Positions 45,820 through 55,500 of a DNA stretch of 56,557 bases are shown in pieces. The notes under the pieces were generated by a model. The model had not been told where the DNA came from. It worked only from the letters and a program-made list of their open reading frames with translations, and did no database searches. The position numbers were made by a program, and so were the translations under genes. How positions within the stretch are numbered: the stretch's first letter is position 1; each line of letters begins with the position of its first letter. Source of the stretch: a bacterium (GTDB taxonomy: Bacteria; Zhuqueibacterota; Zhuqueibacteria; Zhuqueibacterales; Zhuqueibacteraceae); contig JBIOXB010000096.1 of assembly GCA_044869275.1 (NCBI GenBank), positions 1-56,557 on the forward strand, written 5' to 3'.

Positions 45820-46359
45820 ATGACCGCCTCTCCCCGGAAAAAATTCAAAATCGTCGTCGCCGGGCCTTTCTCCGCCGGCAAGTCGCAATTTATCGCCACC
45901 GCCAGCGCCTTGAATAGTCTCCGCACGGAAACGAGGATCAGCGACGAAACCGCTTTCGAAAAACAGCACACCACCGTGGCCATGGATTTTGGCCGGGTCG
46001 ACTATAACGGCAAGTCACTCTATTTGTTCGGAACACCGGGGCAGGAACGTTTCGAGTTCATGTGGAAGATTTTGACGGTGGGCATGCACGCGCTGTTGAT
46101 TATCGTGGATGCCACGGATTTGGCCGGCGCAAAAGACGCTGTCGCCATTGCCAATTACTATCAAGAACGCTTCAACATTCCCATTTTGGTTGGCGCCAAC
46201 AAACAGGACCTTTCGTATGCCCGCACGCCGGAACAGATGTATGCTGCGCTGGATTTGCCGCGCACCATTCCTCTCCTGCCCTTAATTACTCGCGAGCCCC
46301 GCAGTGTGCGCCTGGTGTGCAACCGCATTCTCAAAGAAACGGAAAGCTGGCTGTATTGA
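45820..46359 (+). CDS. small Ras-like GTPase (MglA group 2 / CvnD-like)
   Basis: G1 GPFSAGKS, TTVAMDFG, LFGTPGQERFEFMW, G4 NKQD. Confidence 0.9.
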   Translation: MTASPRKKFKIVVAGPFSAGKSQFIATASALNSLRTETRISDETAFEKQHTTVAMDFGRVDYNGKSLYLFGTPGQERFEFMWKILTVGMHALLIIVDATDLAGAKDAVAIANYYQERFNIPILVGANKQDLSYARTPEQMYAALDLPRTIPLLPLITREPRSVRLVCNRILKETESWLY

Positions 46360-46432
46360 AAGACAATTCCTGAATGAGTCCCCATGCTCATTCAGCTCTG
46401 GCTGTTGGCAGCATCATGACCGGGAAAGCAAT

Positions 46433-48142
46433 ATGTCAAATGTTTCATCCCCGCTGGCCTGGGTCGAAAACGAGCTGGCCCGCATGACGCTGGCCGAACA
46501 AATCGGCCAAATGTTGATCGCCGATTTTGCGGCAGTATATACCCATCGCGAGCATGAAAGCTGGCAGCGCATACAGTCTTTGCTCCGCGAACAACACCTC
46601 GGCGGCATCATTCTCGCGGGTGGGAGCATTTTCGAGATCGCATTGCTCACCAACGAATTGCAGCAGCTCTCCCGCATTCCCTTGTTGGTGAATGCCGACC
46701 TCGAAACCGGTGCCAGTTTTTGGCATCCCTGGCGCCGGGCGCGCGGACGCGCGCCGGATTTGCCCGCCGATCTCACGGGCGGCGGTACCATGCTCCCTCG
46801 CTTCATGGCTCTGGGCGCCACGCGTAATGCCGAATATGCTTTCCACGCCGCAAGAATTACAGCGCAGGAATGCCGTGCCCTCGGCATTCATTGGACGAAT
46901 TCCCCGCTGGTGGACATCAATTCGAATCCCCACAATCCGATCATCAACATTCGCGCCTTCGGTGATGATCCCGAGCTGGTGGCGCGTTTGGGCGCGGCCT
47001 ACGTGCACGGATGCCAGTCCGCCGGCGTGATCGCCACCCTGAAACATTTTCCCGGGCACGGCGATTCCGCGGAAGATACCCACATGAAATTGCCGGAGAT
47101 GCCACTGGCACTCGAACGTTTGCACCAGCTTGAGCTCGTTCCCTTCAAAGCCGCGATGGCCGCCGGCGCAAAAGCCGTGATGACCGCGCATCTCGCTTTT
47201 CCGAAAATTGATACTTCACACCGGCCCGCGACGCTTTCACAACCTCTGCTCACCGCTCTGCTGCGCCAGGAATTGGGATTCCAGGGCTTGATCATGACCG
47301 ACGCCTTGACCATGCAAGGCCTCACCAACCATTTTGCGGCGGACGAGGCCGCGGTCCTGGCGGCACAAGCCGGCGCCGACGTGCTTTTGATTCCGGAAAA
47401 TACGGCACGCGCTCATGCACTTTTGCTGCAGGCCGTGCAAAGCGGCGCGCTGCCCAAGGAACAAGTGCGCGCGAGCGTGCGGCGCATTCTCACCGCCAAG
47501 GCAGAATTGGGCTTGCACGCCGGGCGCACGGTCGTGATCGAAAAGATTCGCGATATCGTCAATCAACCTGCGGCCCAACGGCTTGCCGAGAATATGGCGG
47601 ACGATGCGCTCACCCTGCTCGATCATGATGGCCGCACGCTGCCGCTGCGTCGCGAACGAGCCGCCCGCATTCTGACGATAGTTATTTCGAACAGTTTTGA
47701 TCCCGCCGAAGGCGAGCACCTCGGCGCCGCGCTCACCGCGCATGGACATCAGCTGGAGCTCGTGCGCTGGAGAGGTGATGATGCCGCAGCGACGCTGGAC
47801 CACGTGGTCAAGCAATTGCCGGCTTGTGATTTGGTGTTGCTGGCAATCTACCTCATGCCCGGCGCCTGGAAAGGAGCCATGCACTTGCCGGAAACAATGC
47901 CGCAGTTGCTTCAGCTGATCGAGCACGCACGCAAGCCGGCCATTGCAGTTTCCTTTGGCGATCCGTATGTATTTGCGAATTTGCCGAGAATGCCGGCACG
48001 CCTTTGTGCCTATGGTGGCGGAAGGCTGATGGAGCAGGCTGTGGCGCGCGGTTTGCGAGGCGAAATCTCAATCCAGGGGAAATTGCCGGTAACGATTTCA
48101 GAATATTATCGTTTCGGCGATGGTTTGATTTTCACGCCATAA
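46433..48142 (+). CDS. GH3 beta-N-acetylhexosaminidase (NagZ-like, two-domain)
   Basis: KHFPGHGDSAEDTH consensus, MTAH, TDAL nucleophile, C-terminal GH3 domain ending GKLPV.I. Confidence 0.88.
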   Translation: MSNVSSPLAWVENELARMTLAEQIGQMLIADFAAVYTHREHESWQRIQSLLREQHLGGIILAGGSIFEIALLTNELQQLSRIPLLVNADLETGASFWHPWRRARGRAPDLPADLTGGGTMLPRFMALGATRNAEYAFHAARITAQECRALGIHWTNSPLVDINSNPHNPIINIRAFGDDPELVARLGAAYVHGCQSAGVIATLKHFPGHGDSAEDTHMKLPEMPLALERLHQLELVPFKAAMAAGAKAVMTAHLAFPKIDTSHRPATLSQPLLTALLRQELGFQGLIMTDALTMQGLTNHFAADEAAVLAAQAGADVLLIPENTARAHALLLQAVQSGALPKEQVRASVRRILTAKAELGLHAGRTVVIEKIRDIVNQPAAQRLAENMADDALTLLDHDGRTLPLRRERAARILTIVISNSFDPAEGEHLGAALTAHGHQLELVRWRGDDAAATLDHVVKQLPACDLVLLAIYLMPGAWKGAMHLPETMPQLLQLIEHARKPAIAVSFGDPYVFANLPRMPARLCAYGGGRLMEQAVARGLRGEISIQGKLPVTISEYYRFGDGLIFTP

Positions 48143-48145
48143 GCC

Positions 48146-49846
48146 TCATGGCGTTTTCAACGCTTGCTGCAAGACCTTGCCGTCGACGGGGTGGGAAATA
48201 GAAATGCTCAATGCTGCTGCCAACGTCGGGGCAAGATCGACGGTAGCAACTTTTTCCTCATATTTGCCTGCGCGAAAAGCCGGACCCCAGAACACCATCG
48301 GAACGTGGGTGTCATAATCAAATTCCGAACCGTGATCGGTGCCGTACGGGCCTTGCCCGCCTAGCAAGAAAAAAGGCTTGCGATGCCAGAGCACCTCCGG
48401 CGAGCGGCCGGCAAAATAACTGTGGCGAAATCTCGCGATGAAATCTTCTGCCTGTTGGTCTTGCGCCGCCAGTGTACTGGCCGTAAAGACCTTGGTGACA
48501 AAAGACAACGCTTGCAGCTTCTCGGCAAGTTGTGGCAAAGGGATGGGGGTGGGTGACGATTCAACCGCGGTGGTGTCTTCTGAAAGATAAACGCCATTCA
48601 GCATACAGACGAAAAGTGAATCAGCCTGTGCCTCCGTGTGCGCCACGGCCTGGTCTTGCAAAATATTGACAATCTCCTGCCGCATTTCCTCTTCGTTCAA
48701 CCGCGCTGCTTCGAATCCCCGGCGGCGCAACTCCTCCGGCATAGGCAAAACGCCGTGATCCGCCGTGAGCACGATGCAGCAATTCTGCAAACCGATATTC
48801 GCCTCCAGCCAGGCAAAGAAATTCTCGAGACAGGCATCCAGGCGCAGGAGATGATCCTGAATTTCCTGGCTCAATGGCCCAAAGGCGCGGCCGATGCCTT
48901 CCGTGGCGCTCAAGCTCAAGCAGAGCAAATCGGGGTGGAGGTCTTGTCCGAGCTCGTGTGCACGTATCGCTATTTGTGCAAATTCGAGCGTGAGCAAATC
49001 GCCGAATGGGCTGGCCATGAGTTGTCCATGAAAAGAAGTATCCGCGCCCGCGTTGAGCTCGTCGAGGCGGTGCGGAAAGGTGGTGTGCATGCCGTCGGCC
49101 TCAGTGGCAAACAAATCTTCGCGAGAGGAAAAATATGCGGTTTCCGGCAAGGATTTTTCCCACACCGCTCCGCGATAACGCTCGGCATAATGCCGGGCAT
49201 TCCATGCGCTCACGGCCGGCGGCATTTGCTTCAAATAATACGTCGAACTCACGAACGTGCCGGTGCTGGTGTCAAACCAATAAGCCGCCTCCGCATGCCG
49301 GCCAGCCATCAAAATCGCAGCATGGTCTTGGCCGGAGATGCTGAGCACTTTGGCCTGCGGGTCGCTGCTCTTCAGCCATTCGCCGAGGGTGGAGGATTGG
49401 AGAAGCAGGGGGCTTTTGCCGCTGGCAAAGTGCGGAGAGCCGGTGAGAGTTCGGGTGGGCACCGTGGCATAAGCGGTATCTTCCACACAACCCACAATCG
49501 TTTGCCGGGCGCGATCATACCAACGCTCGCCGACGATGCCGTGGCGCGCTGGATGCGAGCCGGTCAACAAAGTCGCATGGCCGGGCGCACATGCCGTGAT
49601 CGCGTGCTCATGATGCGCTTGGGAAAAGCTCGCACCCTCGCGCAGTAGTTTTGCCATTCCGCGTTGCCAATAACCCGCGAAGCGCTGCATATAGTCATAG
49701 CGGAATTGATCGATCACGAGAACGATGGTGAGCCGCGGCGGAGGCTGGCGCGTGCCGCGGGAATCGGTACAGCCGGTGAATGGGCCGGCAATCAGTTCCA
49801 GAAATATGCCGGCCAGCAGAGAAAGGGAAGATTTCATCTCCCTCAC
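48146..49846 (-). CDS. alkaline phosphatase superfamily (PafA/NPP-like) probable lipoprotein with non-canonical active site
   Basis: VIDQFRYDY, T.CAPGHAT..TG..P..HGIV, TADHG, HGS..DYDTHVP, VDLAPTLA; FTGC lipobox-like. Confidence 0.85.
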   Translation of the reverse strand: MREMKSSLSLLAGIFLELIAGPFTGCTDSRGTRQPPPRLTIVLVIDQFRYDYMQRFAGYWQRGMAKLLREGASFSQAHHEHAITACAPGHATLLTGSHPARHGIVGERWYDRARQTIVGCVEDTAYATVPTRTLTGSPHFASGKSPLLLQSSTLGEWLKSSDPQAKVLSISGQDHAAILMAGRHAEAAYWFDTSTGTFVSSTYYLKQMPPAVSAWNARHYAERYRGAVWEKSLPETAYFSSREDLFATEADGMHTTFPHRLDELNAGADTSFHGQLMASPFGDLLTLEFAQIAIRAHELGQDLHPDLLCLSLSATEGIGRAFGPLSQEIQDHLLRLDACLENFFAWLEANIGLQNCCIVLTADHGVLPMPEELRRRGFEAARLNEEEMRQEIVNILQDQAVAHTEAQADSLFVCMLNGVYLSEDTTAVESSPTPIPLPQLAEKLQALSFVTKVFTASTLAAQDQQAEDFIARFRHSYFAGRSPEVLWHRKPFFLLGGQGPYGTDHGSEFDYDTHVPMVFWGPAFRAGKYEEKVATVDLAPTLAAALSISISHPVDGKVLQQALKTP

Positions 49847-49878
49847 GCCTCGAACGGTTGCGGATCAAAGCCGAACAG

Positions 49879-50271
49879 CTAAATCAGCCAAGGTATCAAT
49901 ACCCCCAAGCCCATGACGATCACGATGGTCAAAATGATTTTGTCGATCATAAATGTGGTTTTGCTCAAGAGGATCAAAAGGATGATGGCCGCGGCGAGCA
50001 TTGCAGAGATCATGAAGAATTTCAAGTCGTTGCGAATGAGGTGATAGAGCCCGGCGCCGATGAACCCCCACAAGAGCGAGCCGCTGCCGATCACGGCCAT
50101 GAACATCAAGCCGGAGCTAGTCAGGTTTTCGGAATAAGGCAGGCCGCCGTTGCCGCCGGACTCGGCCGCGTTTTGTGTCGCAATCACGCGCGTGGTGCGC
50201 AGAAAAACGTACGCCACACAAATGACGCCCACGACGAAACCCGAAAGCAAACCCACTAGGATTGTCTGCAT
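49879..50271 (-). CDS. small 4-TM membrane protein
   Basis: Four hydrophobic segments; GAGGA RBS. Confidence 0.75.
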   Translation of the reverse strand: MQTILVGLLSGFVVGVICVAYVFLRTTRVIATQNAAESGGNGGLPYSENLTSSGLMFMAVIGSGSLLWGFIGAGLYHLIRNDLKFFMISAMLAAAIILLILLSKTTFMIDKIILTIVIVMGLGVLIPWLI

Positions 50272-50320
50272 GATGTCCTCACCTGAATTTCACGAGAAAC
50301 CCGCTCAGTAGTTTCTGCGC

Positions 50321-51676
50321 CTATCTGTTGATCAATTCGAAGCGACCAGAACCGTCGCGCTCGCGAAAAATAAAGCGGCGCTCGATTTCGGGATACAGCC
50401 AAATTTCATACACCAGTTTTTCCGGCTCGCTGGCGCGGACTCGCACTTCACGCGGCGGGCCGTAGATGATGTAAATGCGGCCGCGATCCGCCTGCCATCC
50501 CCATTCACCCGCGCCTTCGGCGGCAAAGCTCGCCTCGGCGAGCGCCACGCGGCGGTAAAACTCATTCTGCAATTCGTTGTCAGCCGTTTCCGGCGTCGGA
50601 TCTCGTTGCTGCCAAAATGCCGCGATCAAACTGTCTCGTCTGGCGCCATGGGCGGCGAGAATGCGCCGGTAATCCTCTTCGGAGCTGATATACCTCAGCG
50701 GCGCATACCGCAGTTCCGAAGAAAAATCGAAAAAATCCGTCATTGCATCGGTCGCAGTGGCAACAACTTTATAATCTATCCGTGCCGACGCCGATTGCCC
50801 GAGATTTTTGACCTGCACATGAAGCGTTTGCGCGCCGCGCCGGCGAATTTTATCGTCCAGGCTTTCGCAGCATTTCAGCGCGCCGCCGGCAGCGATCAAC
50901 GTCTTGTTCCAAGCGGCGAGCGTGTCGCTCTTGGTATCTAAAATGGCGAAATCGGCGGTCAAACGATCGCCACCCCGGGCGCCGTAAATCTCATAATAAA
51001 GATGTTGGCGCGGCTTTCCCATCTCGAGCAGCGCCGGCAGATTGTAATCCACGATCACAAGAGCGCCGTTGTGATCGGGCGCCACTTCTCCCAACACCAG
51101 CGCGCTCAACTGCAATTTTCCGTTCTGCAAATCCGGCACGGGCAGCGGATACTGTCTGCGCATGCGCCGCTGCGTGTGAAGGTCGACGATTTCGGCGTGC
51201 AATTGATAAGTTCCCGGCGGCAAGCGAAAAAAAGCTGCTTCGAGATTCAACTGCGCGCGATCGTTGGTCGCCGGAAAACTGTCAACTTCAAGGTCGCGTT
51301 TCCAGGTCCGGCTGGCCACGCAAGCCTGGCGCGTATCGAATACGGCCAAATTGGCTTCATACGATGCGCGATAGCATGCGGCGCTGATCCTGGTGAATTG
51401 CAAAACATCATGCACCAGCCCAAAGCGCACTTCCAAGCGAACATTGCCCACGGAATCAGCGAATGCATACGTGCGCAAAAGATAGGCTGGCAAGGCAAAA
51501 AACGGTGTTGTTCTCGCCTCCGTTTTTTTGCCCGGGTTCGCCGCGTCGAAGATTCGCGCCGGTTCGGTATGCTGGGCCTGAAGAGAAGCGGCGGCCAAAA
51601 CCAAGAGCAATGCCGCACAGCCGAAATTTAGAGTTTCTTTCGGCTTTTTCCAAGCCCATCGCTTCGCCGCATACAT
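50321..51676 (-). CDS. GWxTD-domain protein (secreted)
   Basis: Signal peptide; FW..RDP.PET..NE...E.YRRV..A...F...GWQADRGRIYI.YGPP...YEIW.Y. Start uncertain. Confidence 0.85.
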   Translation of the reverse strand: MYAAKRWAWKKPKETLNFGCAALLLVLAAASLQAQHTEPARIFDAANPGKKTEARTTPFFALPAYLLRTYAFADSVGNVRLEVRFGLVHDVLQFTRISAACYRASYEANLAVFDTRQACVASRTWKRDLEVDSFPATNDRAQLNLEAAFFRLPPGTYQLHAEIVDLHTQRRMRRQYPLPVPDLQNGKLQLSALVLGEVAPDHNGALVIVDYNLPALLEMGKPRQHLYYEIYGARGGDRLTADFAILDTKSDTLAAWNKTLIAAGGALKCCESLDDKIRRRGAQTLHVQVKNLGQSASARIDYKVVATATDAMTDFFDFSSELRYAPLRYISSEEDYRRILAAHGARRDSLIAAFWQQRDPTPETADNELQNEFYRRVALAEASFAAEGAGEWGWQADRGRIYIIYGPPREVRVRASEPEKLVYEIWLYPEIERRFIFRERDGSGRFELINR

Positions 51677-51813
51677 GACGACGCATTGCCAAGCTGGGAG
51701 ATGGACGGCCTGCAGTCGAGCTAAAAGAAGCATTCGATCAGATTTGTCATTACCAGCAATCATTCTTTTTGCAGAAAAATAAGTGCAATTACTGCCAGGT
51801 CTGGCGCACAATT

Positions 51814-54800
51814 CTAAAACTCCGTGCCGACGGATAAATACGAAATCGGTTTTGCGCTGCTCTGGTGTAAATTCGTACTCCAGGCGAGGTCCCAGCGCAA
51901 CAATAGGAATCCGAGATTGGCGCTCGCACCCAGGCCATAGCCCAAAGCCAAACCCTCCAGTTCGGGCACCATGCCACCGGCTTTCTTGAACGGCCTGAAC
52001 CTTTCATACCGTCTCCATTTCCCCTGCCACGCCGCGCCCACATCCGTGAACAAGGCGCCGCGAATATTCTGAAAGCCCAACGGCAGAGGCCAGCCCAAAA
52101 TCAAATAGCGGATTAAAGGAAAGCGGAATTCGAGATTCATCAAGACGAATCGATTGCCGGTTTGTCCGTAATAATAGGTGCCGCGCAACGGGGTTTCGAA
52201 AGCGGAAAAATAAATGTCCTCGGGGCGGTCAATGCGCAATCCGCCGTGAAAGCGCGGTTGCAACCAGTTCTCCACGCCGCCCAGAAAGAATTGCTGCGGC
52301 TCGCTGCCTTCGGAAAAGCCTGCGGCCAGACGTACGGCAAAACTATGTTCCTTCCAGAACTTGAAATAACGGCGGGCGTCACCGCGGAGAGTGACAAAAC
52401 CCAGGCCGTTATTCGAGTCGATTTTTGGCGAAACGCTCAGACTGAAATTTCGCCTGCCGCCGTTGCTCGGCCCGGTCCAGCCCCACAACGCCGTGTCCGT
52501 CACATAAGACATGCTGGCGACGAGAGCGCGAATGCGCTTGGTGGGATGCTGCGGCAAATCCAAAAACTCGCGATTGATGCCGAGCCAGAACAAGTTTCCT
52601 TCCAGGCGATTATACTGATTGAAAGGCCGCTCAGCCAGCACCATCAGACCATAATAGCGATCGCGAATGACGCCCAGAGAGCGGCTGGCAAAAATCCAGG
52701 CATTGTGAAAGGCGCCCAGGCCGTAATCGGTGCGCTGCGCCAGACGGGTGTAACGGATCATGTAGTTTGAGTTTCGCACATCGTAAAAAAGATCGGTGTA
52801 AAGATCGAAGCGATGGTTGCCGAGCACGTCCGAAAGCGAAATCAAAGTCTGGCCTTGCACCCCGAAGAATTGGCTGTAGCCGGCATTGCCGTAAATAATA
52901 TCCGGTGAGAATCGGGCTTTATAGTCTTGTACCCGGTACTGGCCCTGGGCGTTCTTGTAAGCGCTGCTGTCGAGCAAAGCGATGCGCTCCGGCTTGGTCA
53001 TCACTTCGCCCTTGATGAAATCGCGCCCAAAGACATACTGGCGATACCTGCTCGTTTTCAAGTCCGTTTGAGCCCCGCTCGTGTCTTCCTGCACCAGACT
53101 TTGTTCTTCGCTGCGAAGACGGAATGCGGTTTTAACGACGGGCACCTCTCCGGGTTTGACCTCCAGCGGATTTTTCAATAAGAAAACATCGTAACCGGCG
53201 TTGAAAAAGGACGCGAACGCCAGCTTGCTCCCGTCGCCTGCCCAGGACAATTGCAAGATGCCGGTGATGGCATTCGTGAGCGCATACTCCTCGCCGCTTT
53301 GTAAGTCGTGCAGATACACGTTGCAGATGCCGGTACGATCACTCACAAAAGCGAGCTTGCCGCCCTGCGGCGAAAATACCGGAGATTTTTCTGCAAACGG
53401 CGTATGCGTGATTTGCAAAATCTCGCCGCCGTTACTCACGCCCACGGTTTCGGCGACATAAACGTCTGCGTTGCGGAAATCCGCCTGCCAGATTTCAAAA
53501 CTGGAGTCGCATTTGGCCGCCAAGCACCGGCCACGATCACTCACAAAGGCGATTTGGCTGCCATCGGGCGAATACGCTGGCTCGAGATCGCTGAAAATGT
53601 CGTCGGTGATTTTTCGCAGCCTGGCAGAATGAAGATCAAAGGCATACAAATCGCACTGCCCATTTTTCATTCCGGTAAACGCAATTTCGTGCCCGCGTGG
53701 CGACCAGGCAGGCGAGAACACGCCGTCGAGACCGAATTTCAGCGTGCGAGAGATTTTGCGTTTTTCGACATCGACGAGGTGCAGGGCGTCTTCCGCTCCC
53801 GCCTTTGCCGCAAAAGCGAGGAACTTGCCGTCCGGTGACCAACTGAGGCCCGGCCGCAGCCAGTGCAGCTCTTCCAGGTTTCCGCTTTTCTGCCCGCTCA
53901 CCAGCTTTGCCAAAATTTTTCCATCAAAAGTGCTCATCAAATAAATATCGAAGTAATCCGATTTATCCGAAAGGAAAGCAAGCAAATCTCCCTGCGGCGA
54001 AAGCGCGGGGCTATTGTTGATGAAGTTGCGATATTCAAGGTGATCGGTCATCTGCTCGCCGATTTCCGCAGGCTCTTGCCGCCCGGCCACCTCCGGCCAA
54101 TATTCCTTTCTTAAGAATTTCTGCCAGCTTTTGCTCAACTCCTCCACGCCAACACCGATCGCTTGCCGCAAGCCCTCGTCCAGGCTTTTGCTGAGGCGAA
54201 TTTTACTCAACAACTCGCCGATCTTTTCGCGGCCATGGGTGCGCGCAAGATACTCGAGAACGGATTGGCCGCCTTTGTAGGCCAGGAAGCCGTGCAACTG
54301 CGGAATTTCCGGAAGGTAGTTATTCACCGTCGCGTCGCGCATGAACATATCGCTCTCCGCGTCCCAGCCCGGGATCTCGTGGCCGCGGCTTTCGTATTCC
54401 GCCAAGCCCTCGGCGAACCACAACGGCATTTGCAGCTTGGCCAGCCCGGTGAGCACGGCCTGCACGCCCGTGCCGTAGATCATTTGCAGCATCACCGCGT
54501 GGGTCAATTCGTGATGGATCACGTGGCGAAATTTTTCCCAATCGCCTTCATAAGGAATGACCACACGATTCTTGAGGAACTCCGTGAATCCTCCCACCGA
54601 CTCTTCCGGCGGGCCGAGGCTCAAATTGGTCTGTTGAAAATCATTGTGGCTGTTATAGACGATGAGGGCAATGCGGTCATGAAGCTGGTAGCCGAAATCC
54701 TCTTGCAGCTGGCGGTAGCTGTCTTCCGCAAGCTCCGCGGTAAATTCCGCCAGAGTGAAGCCGCCGGGAGAAAAGTAGATATCAAAATGCTCGGATTGAA

Positions 54801-54924
54801 TGTACTTCGTCTCGAAGGTTTTGTATTGGACGTGGTTCTTGCCAAAATTTTGGGCCGTGCTTGGCGCGGCCAGCAGCCAAGAGAAAATCGCCGGCAACCA
54901 TGCGGAAATCCAAAATCCTTTCAT
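51814..54924 (-). CDS. Omp85/BamA-family outer-membrane protein with N-terminal peptidase MA-like domain and PD40 propeller
   Basis: Signal peptide, FGKN.VQY, HELTH...WFAEGLAEY, SPDG repeats, barrel motifs FFLGG, LRG, NLEFRFP, FTDVG, terminal Phe. Confidence 0.88.
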   Translation of the reverse strand: MKGFWISAWLPAIFSWLLAAPSTAQNFGKNHVQYKTFETKYIQSEHFDIYFSPGGFTLAEFTAELAEDSYRQLQEDFGYQLHDRIALIVYNSHNDFQQTNLSLGPPEESVGGFTEFLKNRVVIPYEGDWEKFRHVIHHELTHAVMLQMIYGTGVQAVLTGLAKLQMPLWFAEGLAEYESRGHEIPGWDAESDMFMRDATVNNYLPEIPQLHGFLAYKGGQSVLEYLARTHGREKIGELLSKIRLSKSLDEGLRQAIGVGVEELSKSWQKFLRKEYWPEVAGRQEPAEIGEQMTDHLEYRNFINNSPALSPQGDLLAFLSDKSDYFDIYLMSTFDGKILAKLVSGQKSGNLEELHWLRPGLSWSPDGKFLAFAAKAGAEDALHLVDVEKRKISRTLKFGLDGVFSPAWSPRGHEIAFTGMKNGQCDLYAFDLHSARLRKITDDIFSDLEPAYSPDGSQIAFVSDRGRCLAAKCDSSFEIWQADFRNADVYVAETVGVSNGGEILQITHTPFAEKSPVFSPQGGKLAFVSDRTGICNVYLHDLQSGEEYALTNAITGILQLSWAGDGSKLAFASFFNAGYDVFLLKNPLEVKPGEVPVVKTAFRLRSEEQSLVQEDTSGAQTDLKTSRYRQYVFGRDFIKGEVMTKPERIALLDSSAYKNAQGQYRVQDYKARFSPDIIYGNAGYSQFFGVQGQTLISLSDVLGNHRFDLYTDLFYDVRNSNYMIRYTRLAQRTDYGLGAFHNAWIFASRSLGVIRDRYYGLMVLAERPFNQYNRLEGNLFWLGINREFLDLPQHPTKRIRALVASMSYVTDTALWGWTGPSNGGRRNFSLSVSPKIDSNNGLGFVTLRGDARRYFKFWKEHSFAVRLAAGFSEGSEPQQFFLGGVENWLQPRFHGGLRIDRPEDIYFSAFETPLRGTYYYGQTGNRFVLMNLEFRFPLIRYLILGWPLPLGFQNIRGALFTDVGAAWQGKWRRYERFRPFKKAGGMVPELEGLALGYGLGASANLGFLLLRWDLAWSTNLHQSSAKPISYLSVGTEF

Positions 54925-55282
54925 GATTTCCTTTCCTGATTTCTGAGAAATGCCCGTCGCGGCATTCCGCCCATAAACGGCAAATGATCACAAATTTGTA
55001 AGCAGTCGCATCCTATTTGTAGGTCCGCGTTGTAACCGCGAACTCGCGAGGCTAAAGACAGTTCAAGCAAACAGCCAGTTTTTAATAGGCTGCAAGCTGC
55101 GGCGCTGCGTACTTTTGTTTAATGAAAAAATCGCGCGCGCCAAATGAAAACAAAAGGCAAAAAGCAAGCCCGGCGGCCCCGGCAATGTTACAGTATTTTT
55201 TCAATTAAGAATTCAGCTTGCAAGTTTCGCGGCGAATGTTTAGCGTTGCATTTGCAAGGAAAGGAGGCGGAGAGGAATAGCC

Positions 55283-55495
55283 ATGCCAGTCGGATTGTGT
55301 GAGAATTGCAAAAACGTGGAGATTATCGCCAACCGGCGGGGCAGCCGGTTTTATTTGTGCACGCTCGCGGCGCACGACGCGCGCTTTTCCAAGTATCCGC
55401 GCCTGCCGGTTTTGTCATGTGAGGGATATGAGGCCAGAGTTGAGGAAAAAGCCTCGGCTGATCAAGACTCTGCAAAGAAATCCAAATGCCTCTAA
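55283..55495 (+). CDS. small Cys-rich conserved hypothetical protein
   Basis: GLCENC...RGS.FYLC......F.KYPRLPVL.C.GY; strong purine-rich RBS. Confidence 0.75.
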   Translation: MPVGLCENCKNVEIIANRRGSRFYLCTLAAHDARFSKYPRLPVLSCEGYEARVEEKASADQDSAKKSKCL

Positions 55496-55500
55496 CCAGA

